Assembly (NCBI GenBank): GCA_001782165.1 | Contig: MFNV01000007.1 | Location: 15,449 to 79,448 of the forward strand | Direction: 5' to 3' | DNA length: 64,000 bases | From: Candidatus Levybacteria bacterium RIFCSPHIGHO2_01_FULL_41_15 | Lineage (GTDB): Bacteria; Patescibacteriota; Microgenomatia; Levybacterales; UBA12049 | Shown here: piece after piece, positions 1 through 11,569 of the stretch | How the letters are laid out: each line of letters opens with the position of its first letter | Position numbering within the stretch: position 1 is the first letter of the stretch | Made by a program: the position numbers and the translations under genes | The notes under the pieces: generated by a model | Told to the model about the DNA's origin: nothing | Seen by the model: the letters and a program-made list of their open reading frames with translations, nothing else | Database searches by the model: none

Positions 1-735
1 GAAGGAATATTTAACAAACCTCTTACCCCATGCATCGCCTTCTTTATCTTTGCTGCCAAGTTTTATTTCTTCTGAGGCATACTCCCAAAGTTTTTCCGTT
101 GTCGAGTACATAGTGTGTTCTGTGGCCACGGAGTGTCCAAGTCTGTCATAGTCTCTCCAGAAAACCGGGAATCCTATTGAAAACTGGTTTAAGTCGTTAT
201 AACCCGTCCATTCGTAATCTGCCAACTGGGAGAGGGCATCCGCGGGACCCGGCTGATTTGCGCCTCCCACATGAGCGTAAAGAGGATAATCTCCATATTC
301 AGATAAGAAATCTATAAAATAGGTTCTTGCAGATCTAACCGGTCCTATCACTCCTGCATCCTGACAGTAGTAAACTGCAAGAAATCTTGTAATTCCTCCT
401 TCAGCAACTGCTTCATAAATAACGTCTGCAAAGGAAAGCCCTGATTGAGGCCTTGCTTCCTCATGATTTTCTATCATAACTCCCAAAGGCCTATGGTCCT
501 CCCACCATTTTTTTTGTTGTTTTGAATAAAGCGCTCCAGTCAGAGGGCACTCTTGGGTTTTTGGAGCATTAGGATCAAATTCCAGTCTTCCTGTTGCTCC
601 TTTTGAGGGAAGACCTACGGGAGTGGTAATTTCTGAAGTTTTTGAAACTTTAGAAAAAGCAAAAAAGGATATTCCAGCTGTTGCCAGATATACTACAAAA
701 ACCAAAATTATAGTTAAAATTTTTTTATTGTCCAT
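1..735 (-). CDS. DUF3048 (YerB-like) membrane-anchored protein, runs off window start
   Basis: Translated by hand from ATG at 735: MDNKKILTIILVFVVYL...RPLGVMIENHEEARPQSGLSFADVIYEAVAEGGITRF, the DUF3048 signature. Confidence 0.85.
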   Translation of the reverse strand, partial: MDNKKILTIILVFVVYLATAGISFFAFSKVSKTSEITTPVGLPSKGATGRLEFDPNAPKTQECPLTGALYSKQQKKWWEDHRPLGVMIENHEEARPQSGLSFADVIYEAVAEGGITRFLAVYYCQDAGVIGPVRSARTYFIDFLSEYGDYPLYAHVGGANQPGPADALSQLADYEWTGYNDLNQFSIGFPVFWRDYDRLGHSVATEHTMYSTTEKLWEYASEEIKLGSKDKEGDAWGKRFVKYSF

Positions 736-1198
736 GTGAGGCTTTTTTGGGAAGTTTTAATACTTTTTTTTCTTCATCTGACAGTTCGTACTCGACTCCT
801 TTGCCGTTTTCAACTCTCTTGGCATACCATCTTGTACCTGATCTTGAATAAAGAGCTGAAATTATTATCCCGTTATCATCTGAATCCAAAAATGAAAGTA
901 CAAAACTCTGATCCCCGCCCGTATCCTTAAAGGGATTAAACCGATGAAGACCGATCTTTTGTATATGGGATAGTCCCTCTTTTTGTAAATTATTTGAATA
1001 ATCTTTAAGCGACTCGATATCCTTTTTATGTTCATCGATTCTTGAAAGAAGTTCTTCGAGAATTGATCTAAGATTTTTGTCGCTGGTACCTTTTGTTATC
1101 TTATTGTAGTGAGCATACATCTGCCAAAAAAAGAAGGTAAGTATTAAAAGCCATACGAAAAAAATAACAGATACGGGGAGTATCAAATTGGGTAACAT
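725..1198 (-). CDS. DUF4446 family membrane-anchored coiled-coil protein
   Basis: N-terminal TM helix, coiled coil, RFNPFKDTGGDQSF...YAK...LSDEE motif. Confidence 0.8.
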   Translation of the reverse strand: MLPNLILPVSVIFFVWLLILTFFFWQMYAHYNKITKGTSDKNLRSILEELLSRIDEHKKDIESLKDYSNNLQKEGLSHIQKIGLHRFNPFKDTGGDQSFVLSFLDSDDNGIIISALYSRSGTRWYAKRVENGKGVEYELSDEEKKVLKLPKKASHGQ

Positions 1199-1221
1199 AT
1201 ATATCCATCTATATTAGCCTC

Positions 1222-1251
1222 TTGACAGGCACGATGTCAATAGTGTAATCT
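1222..1251 (+). promoter_or_regulatory. sigma70-like promoter in a divergent intergenic region
   Basis: TTGACA-N18-TAATCT; TTGACA-N7-TGTCAA inverted repeat gives -35 boxes in both directions. Confidence 0.5.
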
Positions 1252-1264
1252 AGGCTCTATCGCG

Positions 1265-1639
1265 ATGAGCAAGCACAAAAGAAAAACAAAAAGACAAAAA
1301 ATTCTTTCGGATCTTCATCGCAAGATTTATTCTTTAAGAGATAAGCCACTTGTTTCTGTTGAAAAATCTGTTGAAAAAATCCAAGAAGAAAAACAACCAA
1401 AAATACAAACTGCAGTTGTAGAAACCCTGCCCGTCCGGCCCGCTCCGCCGCAAGGCGAGCAGGTGAGCGGCAGACAAGTCATATCTGCCATCAATCAAAA
1501 TACCTTAAGAAATTACCCCTTCCTAATTGCGGATATTTCAAAAACGGCAATGGTTACCGGAGCAATTCTTGCTATCCAAATCTTATTATTTTTATTACTG
1601 AAGAGCCATATACTGTCAATACCCGGTATTGGCTACTAG
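1265..1639 (+). CDS. hypothetical protein, basic N-terminus and C-terminal TM helix
   Basis: 124-aa ORF after the promoter; carries a GC-rich hairpin at 1426-1478. Confidence 0.65.
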   Translation: MSKHKRKTKRQKILSDLHRKIYSLRDKPLVSVEKSVEKIQEEKQPKIQTAVVETLPVRPAPPQGEQVSGRQVISAINQNTLRNYPFLIADISKTAMVTGAILAIQILLFLLLKSHILSIPGIGY

Positions 1640-1659
1640 AAAGGGGGTGATTTTTAAAC

Positions 1660-1800
1660 ATGGCATCAATGTACTGTGTAAAATGCAGAGCCAAAAGAGA
1701 TGATCCGAATGCTCAAAAGGTTACTATGAAAAACGGCAAACCAGCTCTTAAGGGCAAATGCCCAGTCTGTGGTACAGGAATGTACAGGATTGGAGGCTAA
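1660..1800 (+). CDS. DUF5679-like small zinc-ribbon protein, 46 aa (not in ORF track)
   Basis: MASMYCVKCRAKRDDPNAQKVTMKNGKPALKGKCPVCGTGMYRIGG; two CxxC pairs; strong SD AAGGGGGTGA at 1641-1650. Confidence 0.85.
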   Translation: MASMYCVKCRAKRDDPNAQKVTMKNGKPALKGKCPVCGTGMYRIGG

Positions 1801-1802
1801 TT

Positions 1803-1896
1803 TTCTTGAAGGTCCTTCGAAGGAAAAACTTATGCCTTCAAGAACAAAACGAAAAACCCCTTTTTGAACTTATCTTCTTCTAGGGGTTTTTCTATT
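1803..1896 (+). terminator. tandem hairpins, probable terminator
   Basis: TTCTTGAAGG...CCTTCAAGAA (1803-1844) and GAAAAACCCCT...AGGGGTTTTTC (1851-1892) between convergent genes. Confidence 0.6.
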
Positions 1897-1931
1897 TCTG
1901 ACAAATTTCTGAAGTCAATTAAAAACCTAAT

Positions 1932-2351
1932 TTAGAATTCTTTATACATCCAGCGGTAAAGATTGCCCTCTTTATAACCTCTTTTTGCATAGTATTCTTG
2001 AAGCTCTGATTCATTTTCCCCAATTAATATATGCACTTCCTTGTATCCTTTATCTTTTAATTTATTTTCTGCTTCTTCCAAAAGTTTTGTTCCTATACCC
2101 TTCTCTCTAAATGACTGACCAACTGCTAAGCGGAATAATAACGGTCCCCAACCATCTTCCATGATTAAAACATTGCCAACTACTTGACCATCTAGAACTG
2201 CAACCAAAATGGAATCGGGGTTCCTTTGAATTTTCTCTGTAAGTCTTTCTTCTGCGTCCATGTTTTCATCGTAAATCCCTCCTTCAGTAAGATTTTTCTT
2301 AACTGAGGGATAATCAGATGGAACATATGATCTTATTTCGATATTAAGCAT
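1932..2351 (-). CDS. GNAT family N-acetyltransferase
   Basis: RLAVGQSFREKGIGTKLL motif A, YYAKRGY; likely start ATG 2351 after TGGTATAAT. Confidence 0.85.
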   Translation of the reverse strand: MLNIEIRSYVPSDYPSVKKNLTEGGIYDENMDAEERLTEKIQRNPDSILVAVLDGQVVGNVLIMEDGWGPLLFRLAVGQSFREKGIGTKLLEEAENKLKDKGYKEVHILIGENESELQEYYAKRGYKEGNLYRWMYKEF

Positions 2352-2379
2352 AAGTACGCCGCAATTATACCATAATTTA

Positions 2380-3984
2380 CTACTGACCTTTATAACGGAC
2401 GAGTTTATAAACCTTGACCACACTCACGGTCCATTCCCCTACGATTTCTGCTCTGCCGAATCCTGCGACTTCCCAAAGGGGATGTCCTAAGGGACTGCAG
2501 GGATTAATTTCGCATACTATCAAAAGCTGATCTGTAACGCTTTCTCTCTGAGGGTCAACTTGGGAATTTTGAATTATCACTGGAAATTTATTTTCAAGTG
2601 TAAAGAAGTATCTGTAAGCATGGTCTGAATTACCACCTGTTATGAGGGCAAAATTAAAGGGTTTATCATCTGTTTTTTCCAAAACAAACTCTGAAATCTT
2701 CTTCACCTGCGCAAGCTGTCTATTTGGTTCATGTCTAAAAGGAACTCCAGTCAAGTTTATATAAACAACAGCTATAAGACCTGCTATTCCGGCAATTTTA
2801 AAAATGTTCTTTTTATTAAAAATGAAAAAATCAAAAGCAACTGCCGAAAGGATAAAAGGTAAAGGAAACATAAATCCCAAATAATAATCGTATATGGGCT
2901 TTTTATAAAAACCAAAAAGACCTATCCCCACAACCAGCCAGATAATCAAAAGCAAGAGTTGGTAAAACCTTAAGCTCTCTTTAATTTTTCCCAAACTTTT
3001 ATAAACCTGGACAAACTTGTACAAAAGTATCAAAACAGACACGATGGCCAAGAAAAGTGTTAAATAGTACCAAACTGCCATATCAAGATGCGCTCTTACG
3101 GCAACCTGTTCAGGGGGCGGAAAATTTGTAACAAGCCTTCCAAAAAGTCTGAAAAATACATTTGAAATATTGTCAAGAAACTTTCCTCCAAAACCCGTAT
3201 CGCCTGCATTTAAAATAAAATTTAAAATGCTCCTTGTGTTGGGGAATCCGTGTCTTCCCTCAAATGCAAGAAAAGGAAAAACTCCAAGCAGAAAACCTGC
3301 AAAAATAGATAAATTTTCTTTCACAAGGTTCCATATCGAATTTTTAAAACTAACCAGCCTTGCTCTTATTAAATTTATTACCAAAAGATAAGAGAAAATT
3401 ACCGCACCCAAAAAAAGCGCAAGATAATGAAGCTGTATTGAAATTCCCAAAAGTATTCCTGTCAAAACAAAAAGTTTTGAACTGTTGTTTTTGACGGCTT
3501 TATATAAGAAGTACACAGACAAAATAGAGAAAAAAGGGAAAATATTGGGATTCCAGGAAGATCTTGAATAAGCAATAATCAGAGGAGGAATAGCATAGAT
3601 AAAGGAGGCAATAATGGCAACTCTTTTATTAAAAAATTCTTCGGAAAATTTGTAAGTAAGATAAACAGTTGCTATTCCAAAAAGGGCAACCATTATGGCA
3701 GGTCCTACGGGATTGTAGTTGAAAAGCCATAGGAATGGAGCCATGAAATAGTAATATATTGGTCCCAAGAAAAATCCGCCGACAGAGGCAGTGGGTCCAA
3801 GAAGAGTTAATTTCCCGTGAAGAATATTATATACAACCAAAACATCTCTTCCTTCATCTCCAAGAAATGTCATATAATCCTGTATTCTATAAAGTCTTAA
3901 GAAAGCGGCAAAAATCAGGATTAAAAAAATCCAAAAGTTCCCATTTTCTATTTGGGATTTGAAATTTGGAATTTGAAATTTCAT
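2380..3984 (-). CDS. GT-C polytopic glycosyltransferase (GT39/ArnT/PMT-like)
   Basis: Many TM helices, FLGDEGRD acidic loop, GPIYYY, SRSSWNP. Confidence 0.8.
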   Translation of the reverse strand: MKFQIPNFKSQIENGNFWIFLILIFAAFLRLYRIQDYMTFLGDEGRDVLVVYNILHGKLTLLGPTASVGGFFLGPIYYYFMAPFLWLFNYNPVGPAIMVALFGIATVYLTYKFSEEFFNKRVAIIASFIYAIPPLIIAYSRSSWNPNIFPFFSILSVYFLYKAVKNNSSKLFVLTGILLGISIQLHYLALFLGAVIFSYLLVINLIRARLVSFKNSIWNLVKENLSIFAGFLLGVFPFLAFEGRHGFPNTRSILNFILNAGDTGFGGKFLDNISNVFFRLFGRLVTNFPPPEQVAVRAHLDMAVWYYLTLFLAIVSVLILLYKFVQVYKSLGKIKESLRFYQLLLLIIWLVVGIGLFGFYKKPIYDYYLGFMFPLPFILSAVAFDFFIFNKKNIFKIAGIAGLIAVVYINLTGVPFRHEPNRQLAQVKKISEFVLEKTDDKPFNFALITGGNSDHAYRYFFTLENKFPVIIQNSQVDPQRESVTDQLLIVCEINPCSPLGHPLWEVAGFGRAEIVGEWTVSVVKVYKLVRYKGQ

Positions 3985-5141
3985 TTATGGGGTTTTTTTC
4001 GCCAGATGATTTTATTATAGATTGTAAAATTCCAGATTAAAAGAAACCCTGTTCCGACTACAAAATAAATGTAATAATATTTAATTGGAAGAAAAAAAAG
4101 GAATTGTCCTTCTCCAATAAGTCGATCTCCTAAAAAAATTGTTCCCGTCTGAATAAATATTACCCCAAAAGCAGAAGTTGCATAAAACTGTGCCATTTTA
4201 AGCAAGTAGCTTCCAATATCTTTTGCTTTCCTTTCTTCGAAAGTCCAAATATTATTAAGATTGTAATTTGAAAAGATAGCAAGAGCTGCGCCGACTAAAT
4301 TTGCCCAAGAATGATCCCAGTGAAATGAATCGGATAGCACTTTTAATACAATAAAATTGATAAAAAATCCTATTCCACCTACAACCAAAAATTTACCAAA
4401 TTTTCCAAGAAGTATTTCTCGTATTCGAGTAGAAATTACAAATTTAAATACCTCCATAATGTACCCCAGAGGCGCAATTTTCGATTTTCCAAGATTTCTA
4501 TCTGAGAAATGAAAAGGAACCTCCCCGATTTTAAATCCGTCTCGTATTGCTTTATGCAAAAAAGATATCTGGAAAATATATCCTTTATAATTTGTCAACT
4601 CCTCCCTTTCTTTCAAAAATACTTCTTTCTTAAGCGCTCTGTATCCGCCTGTCCAGTCATGAACTGAAAACTTCATAAATATAGCTCTCACAAAAAGATT
4701 TGCAACTATTGAAAAGATCTTTCTGGGCAGTGGCCAGTTTTGGGGGATTGACCCTCCGTCACTATATCTGTTCCCAATCACCATATCGCACCCCTCATCT
4801 ATTTTTTTAAGAAACTCTGGAATTTTGTTAGGATCGTGCTGAAGATCAGCGTCCATTTCAAAAACTACATCTGCTCCCATCTCTTCAATTGCATATGTCA
4901 TACCTCTTATGTAGGCTGCCCCAAGTCCATGTTTTTCTCCCTGTGATATGTCAATATTTTTCCATTTCTGCATAAGTTTTTTCACTTCATCTGCCGTACC
5001 ATCAGGAGAATTATCATCTGCCACCAAAATATTCATATCGTGGTTTTTTATCTGGGGAAAAATTTCGCTTTCAAGAACCGGGATAAGGCGGTCGATGTTT
5101 CCTTTTTCGTTATAGGTGGGATTTACGATAACAACCTTCAT
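3981..5141 (-). CDS. GT2 polyprenol-phosphate glycosyltransferase fused to GtrA-like flippase
   Basis: PTYNE, DDNSPDGT, MDADLQH, DWTGGYR; C-terminal 4-TM GtrA (KFLVVGGIG...N...NNIWTF). Confidence 0.88.
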   Translation of the reverse strand: MKVVIVNPTYNEKGNIDRLIPVLESEIFPQIKNHDMNILVADDNSPDGTADEVKKLMQKWKNIDISQGEKHGLGAAYIRGMTYAIEEMGADVVFEMDADLQHDPNKIPEFLKKIDEGCDMVIGNRYSDGGSIPQNWPLPRKIFSIVANLFVRAIFMKFSVHDWTGGYRALKKEVFLKEREELTNYKGYIFQISFLHKAIRDGFKIGEVPFHFSDRNLGKSKIAPLGYIMEVFKFVISTRIREILLGKFGKFLVVGGIGFFINFIVLKVLSDSFHWDHSWANLVGAALAIFSNYNLNNIWTFEERKAKDIGSYLLKMAQFYATSAFGVIFIQTGTIFLGDRLIGEGQFLFFLPIKYYYIYFVVGTGFLLIWNFTIYNKIIWRKKPHK

Positions 5142-7066
<1,925 letters not shown>

Positions 7067-7079
7067 TTATCTTTAAATT

Positions 7080-8036
7080 TTAAATAATATTTCTCCAATA
7101 GTCCAGAGTATCCTCGAGTGTTTTTTCTATTGGGATTGTTGGTCTGAAACCTGTAAGGTTACTGAATTTTGTTCGATCGCAGACAAGTTCAGGATTATCA
7201 ACTGGACGCATTAGGGACTCATCTTTTCTAATCTTAATTTCTACTCTTGATAATGTCAACAATCTGTCTAAAATTTCGGAAATCGCGTAAGAAACGCCGG
7301 AACCTATATTATAGACTTCTCCCTCTTTCCCTTTCTCAAGTGCCAAGAGATATGCTCTTACCATGTCTCTTACGTCTGTAAAATCTCGCCTGCTTGATAG
7401 ATTTCCAACCGGAAGAACAGGTTCCTTTATTCCTTTCTCAACTTCTGCTATCTTTTTTGCGAATGCCCCTACAGCAAAATGCTCTGACTGCCTGGGTCCA
7501 ATATGATTAAATGGCCTTACTCTTACTATTCTCAGTTTATAAGAAAGGTGATATTGAAGCCCTAGAAAGTCTTGTGTAATTTTTGACACAGCGTATGGAT
7601 TAAGTGGCATAAGCGGAGTACTCTCATCAATGGGTAAATCCTCCCTCTTTACTATTCCATAGACTTCCCCGGATGATATTACTAAAATTCTTGTCTTAAG
7701 AAGATTAAGCTTCCTTACAGATTCAAGTATATTCAACTGCGCCTTAACATTATTCTCTATTGTTTCAAAAGGAGAATCGAAGCTGTTTTTAGGAGCTGTT
7801 AAGGCAGCAAGATGAAATACGTAGTCTGGTTTTATTTGTGAAACCAAATCTAGAACTTTTTTCCCTTTCAGTAAATCTAGCCTAAAAAGCTGAATGTCAT
7901 TTTTTATCTTATCTAAATTAACAAGGCTTTTTTCATCAACATATATGCCCGAGACCCTAATTTTTTTTTCTAAAAGGTGCTCTGTAAGAAAACTTCCTGC
8001 AAATCCTGAAATTCCGGTTATTAATGCCTTTTTCAT
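7080..8036 (-). CDS. rmd: GDP-4-keto-6-deoxy-D-mannose reductase-like SDR
   Basis: ITGISGFAG, NPYAVSK, RPFNHIGPRQ, GNLSSRRDFTDVRD; adjacent to gmd; start ATG 8036. Confidence 0.75.
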   Translation of the reverse strand: MKKALITGISGFAGSFLTEHLLEKKIRVSGIYVDEKSLVNLDKIKNDIQLFRLDLLKGKKVLDLVSQIKPDYVFHLAALTAPKNSFDSPFETIENNVKAQLNILESVRKLNLLKTRILVISSGEVYGIVKREDLPIDESTPLMPLNPYAVSKITQDFLGLQYHLSYKLRIVRVRPFNHIGPRQSEHFAVGAFAKKIAEVEKGIKEPVLPVGNLSSRRDFTDVRDMVRAYLLALEKGKEGEVYNIGSGVSYAISEILDRLLTLSRVEIKIRKDESLMRPVDNPELVCDRTKFSNLTGFRPTIPIEKTLEDTLDYWRNII

Positions 8037-8110
8037 GCTCCTTGCCTCTCTTTTGTATCTTTTTTTATTTTCCAAAACGTTCTACTCATAGAAATAAAAG
8101 CTTCGGAGGC

Positions 8111-8145
8111 ATGATCCATCCGAAGTTTTAACAAAGGAGGATCAT
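8111..8145. repeat. REP-like palindromic element family A, copy 1
   Basis: ATGATCC-atccgaagttttaacaaagga-GGATCAT; overlaps the ugd stop codon. Confidence 0.75.
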
Positions 8146-9431
8146 CTGCCCACCCCAACATAGTTAAAGCCTAACTCTTTTGCTTTCTGAGCATCATAAA
8201 TATTTCGTCCGTCGATAATTGCAGGATTTCTCATTATTTTCTTAATTTTATTAAGATCAAGCTGTTTAAATTCATTCCATTCTGTAACAATTATTAAAAG
8301 GTCGGAATCTTTACAAGCTTCATAAGGATCTTTGCAAAAAACTATATCTTTAATTATTTTTTTTGCATTAGTGATAGCAACAGGGTCGTAAATTTTTATT
8401 TTGGCTCCCTCTCTTTTTAGAGAGGCTATTATGGGGATCGACGGGGCGTCTCTCATATCGTCTGTGTTTGGCTTAAAGGATAGTCCCAAGACTGTAATTG
8501 TTTTTCCAAAAAGATCCGGGAGAACTTTCTTTGCTTTTTTAGATATTCTTTTTATTGCTTCCTCATTTACTTTATGGACTTGCCTAAGAAGACCAAAATC
8601 ATATCCATTTTTTTGCGAGATATTCAAAAGAGCTTTTATGTCTTTGGGCAGACAGCTTCCTCCATATCCTGCTCCCGGTGAAAGAAAAGAAGCCCCGATC
8701 CTTTTATCATATCCTATTCCCTCAAGAACCTTAAGTCCGTCAGCTCCTGTTACTTCGCTTAAATGCGCTATTGCATTCGCAAATGATATTTTTGTGGCAA
8801 GAAAGGCATTTGCTGCATACTTTATCATTTCTGCGGTTTCGATATTCGTTAAAACCATATTTCCATCAATGGGTTTGTGAAGTTCAAGAAGGAGTTTTTC
8901 GGATTTTTTTGATTCTGTTCCGATGACTATTCTGTCGGGATTTAAAGTATCTGATATTGCCTGGCCTTCTCTTAGAAACTCAGGAACCGAAGCAACATCA
9001 ACCTCTGCTTTTGGGTTTTTTTTCTCTTCGATTATCTCCTTTATTTTTTTATTTGTCCCTACAGGAACTGTGCTTTTCGTAGCAACTACTGTATAACCAG
9101 TCGAGTGCTGTGCTATTTTTTCCGAAACCTCAAAAACTGAAGAAAGATCTGCCTCACCATTCTCTCTGGAAGGAGTTCCAACAGCTATAAAAACTATTGA
9201 AGAGGAAGAAATTGCCTTATCGTATTCAAGCGTAAAAAGAAGCCTTTTTGCTCTGACATTTCTTTTAACGATTTCCTCAAGACCCGGTTCGTAAATCGGA
9301 ATAATCCCTTTTTTAAGATTCTCAATTTTTTCCTTGGTGTGACCTATCACCCAAACTGTATTTCCTAAATCTGCAAAAACAGAAGCTGTAACCAAACCTA
9401 CATATCCATGTCCGATAAACGTTATTGTCAT
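8142..9431 (-). CDS. ugd: UDP-glucose 6-dehydrogenase
   Basis: GHGYVGL, AVGTP, KSTVPVGT, PEFLREG, GYGGSCLPKD, FKPNTDDMRDAP. Confidence 0.95.
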   Translation of the reverse strand: MTITFIGHGYVGLVTASVFADLGNTVWVIGHTKEKIENLKKGIIPIYEPGLEEIVKRNVRAKRLLFTLEYDKAISSSSIVFIAVGTPSRENGEADLSSVFEVSEKIAQHSTGYTVVATKSTVPVGTNKKIKEIIEEKKNPKAEVDVASVPEFLREGQAISDTLNPDRIVIGTESKKSEKLLLELHKPIDGNMVLTNIETAEMIKYAANAFLATKISFANAIAHLSEVTGADGLKVLEGIGYDKRIGASFLSPGAGYGGSCLPKDIKALLNISQKNGYDFGLLRQVHKVNEEAIKRISKKAKKVLPDLFGKTITVLGLSFKPNTDDMRDAPSIPIIASLKREGAKIKIYDPVAITNAKKIIKDIVFCKDPYEACKDSDLLIIVTEWNEFKQLDLNKIKKIMRNPAIIDGRNIYDAQKAKELGFNYVGVGR

Positions 9432-9453
9432 AAATTTCTAAGTGCTCTAATTT

Positions 9454-9511
9454 CTAATTAACCTGAATAATTTTCTAAATTTCGAAATTATTTAGAAATT
9501 AGGTTAATTAG
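9454..9511. repeat. AT-rich imperfect inverted repeat
   Basis: CTAATTAACCT...TTTCTAAAT-N9-ATTTAGAAA...AGGTTAATTAG. Confidence 0.7.
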
Positions 9512-9516
9512 TGTAA

Positions 9517-10434
9517 TTAGGTCAATTGTTTTTTTATTTCCCCTAGTCCTTCTTCAAAAGTTTTCATTTTAATTCCCAATTTTTGTATTTTATCATTTTT
9601 AAGTGCTAAGTTGAAAGGCCTTAGGGCTCGGTTTTTAAAAAACTCCTCACGGGTTGTTTGTTGGAGCAAATTTTTATCGAAATCAAAAAAATTGGATATA
9701 ATAACACCCGCCTCAAGAGGACTCACAAATTGACTTCCCACTGCATGAAAAACTCCGGTTAAGTCTGATTCAATAATTTTATCTAAAACAGTTGATAGAT
9801 CATCTACAAAAGTAGGTGTCATTATATGATCGGTTACCAACTTTAATTTTTCTCTATTTTCTAATTTATCTATCAAAACTCTCACGAAATCTCTTCTTGG
9901 GAAATTTGCTCTATATGGATAGGCAATTCTTAAGATCATCCATGGCAAATTAGATTTGGCAACAAGTTTTTCTCCTTCGTATTTAGTCCTGCCATACCAG
10001 TTAACAGGGTTTGGGCTGTCTTTTTCGATATATGGTTTTTCCTTTTTACCATCAAATACAAAATCTGTCGATATATAGATAAGTTTTTTCCCAGATTTAA
10101 TACATGCCTCAACTATATTTTTTGTTCCTAAAACATTTACCGCCCATGCCGTTTTTTTTATTTTAAACTCCTCCTCTTGTTTTCCGATATCTTTATATCC
10201 CAATATCTTTATATCCTCCTTTTTATCTTCCTCACACCCGTTAACATCCGTTTTTGCAGCCAAGTGCAAAACTAAAGAAGCATTTGATGAAGTTACTAAA
10301 GAAAGAGTTTTTTCAGAATCGGTGATATCAACGCCCGTAGTAAGGCTCAAGTCTTCGAATTGATATTTATCTTTTAAAAGCTCTTCGATTCTAGATCCAA
10401 CAAGACCGGACAAGCCAATTCCCAAAATTTTCAT
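9517..10434 (-). CDS. rfbD: dTDP-4-dehydrorhamnose reductase
   Basis: GLSGLVG, HLAAKTDV, ISTDFVFDG, NWYGRTK, TPTFVDD. Confidence 0.88.
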   Translation of the reverse strand: MKILGIGLSGLVGSRIEELLKDKYQFEDLSLTTGVDITDSEKTLSLVTSSNASLVLHLAAKTDVNGCEEDKKEDIKILGYKDIGKQEEEFKIKKTAWAVNVLGTKNIVEACIKSGKKLIYISTDFVFDGKKEKPYIEKDSPNPVNWYGRTKYEGEKLVAKSNLPWMILRIAYPYRANFPRRDFVRVLIDKLENREKLKLVTDHIMTPTFVDDLSTVLDKIIESDLTGVFHAVGSQFVSPLEAGVIISNFFDFDKNLLQQTTREEFFKNRALRPFNLALKNDKIQKLGIKMKTFEEGLGEIKKQLT

Positions 10435-10523
10435 GCTCCTACGCTAATTTCCAATCTAATATTATAGTTTTTTTTGTTGCATTTTGCTTTTTATCTCTAA
10501 GACCTCTAGCGTGCTTCGCAAGT

Positions 10524-10558
10524 ATGACCATTCCGAAGTTTTAACGAAGGACGGTCAT
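10524..10558. repeat. REP-like palindromic element family A, copy 2
   Basis: ATGACC-attccgaagttttaacgaaggac-GGTCAT; overlaps the rfbB stop codon. Confidence 0.75.
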
Positions 10559-11568
10559 AAAGTTCCATATTGTGTTTCGTAGTATTTCAAATAGTTTTTG
10601 TTCTTAACTCTTTTCCACCAGTCCTCATTTTTTAAATACCACTCTACTGTTTTCTTAAGCCACTCATCAAAACTGTGAAGAGGGCTCCATCCTAATTCAT
10701 TTTTGATCTTTGACCAATCAATAGAGTATTTTCTATCATGGCCCGGCCTGTCTTTAACGTATTCAATAACGCTTTCATCTTTACCAAGTATGTTTAAAAT
10801 TTTCTTAATAACAGATAAGTTATTTATGTCCTTTGTTAATCCTCCTATACAATAAGTCTCTCCGATTTTTCCTTTTTTAATAATAAGATCGATTGCCCTG
10901 CAGTGATCTTCCACATAAAGCCAGTCTCTAACATATAATCCGTCTCCGTAAACCGGAACTTTTTTTCCTTCCAAAATATTTGTTATTGCAAGAGGAATTA
11001 GTTTTTCCGGGAATTGATATAGACCAAAGTTATTAGAACAGTTTGAAATGTTTATTGGTAGCCCATACGTAAAGTAATAACTTTTGACTAAATGGTCTGA
11101 TCCGGCCTTACTTGCAGAATACGGACTTCTGGGATCATATTTTGTTCGTTCATTAAATTTACTCGGATCATCGAGCTCTAGGCTTCCATACACTTCATCT
11201 GTTGAAATATGCATAAATCTTTTTATTTTAAACTTTAAAGAAGCATCCAAAAGCACTTGAGTCCCTACTACATTTGTCATGACAAATGGAGCAGGTTCTA
11301 ATATCGACCGGTCCACATGGCTTTCAGCAGCGAAATTTACTATCACATCAACTCCATCTATTGCATTTTTAACTTGATCCGGATTACTTATGTCTCCCTT
11401 GATAAAAGTGTATTTTGAATTTTTTTCTATATCCTTTAGATTTTCCAAATTTCCGGCATAAGTAAGTTTGTCAAAATTTACTATTTCATCATCCAGATGA
11501 TTCTTAATCCAGTAGTGTATGAAATTTGAGCCAATAAATCCGGCTCCGCCAGTCACAAGAATTTTCAT
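10555..11568 (-). CDS. rfbB: dTDP-glucose 4,6-dehydratase
   Basis: GGAGFIGSN, DKLTYAGN, AAESHVDRS, STDEVYG, PYSASKA, DRPGHD. Confidence 0.96.
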   Translation of the reverse strand: MKILVTGGAGFIGSNFIHYWIKNHLDDEIVNFDKLTYAGNLENLKDIEKNSKYTFIKGDISNPDQVKNAIDGVDVIVNFAAESHVDRSILEPAPFVMTNVVGTQVLLDASLKFKIKRFMHISTDEVYGSLELDDPSKFNERTKYDPRSPYSASKAGSDHLVKSYYFTYGLPINISNCSNNFGLYQFPEKLIPLAITNILEGKKVPVYGDGLYVRDWLYVEDHCRAIDLIIKKGKIGETYCIGGLTKDINNLSVIKKILNILGKDESVIEYVKDRPGHDRKYSIDWSKIKNELGWSPLHSFDEWLKKTVEWYLKNEDWWKRVKNKNYLKYYETQYGTL

Positions 11569-11569
11569 A

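Noticed and set aside
8401-8880. Antisense ORFs in the track (e.g. 8401-8880, 30619-31008, 35382-35801, 47161-47661, 60618-61094)
   Set aside because: Shadows of well-supported genes on the opposite strand, with no motifs of their own.
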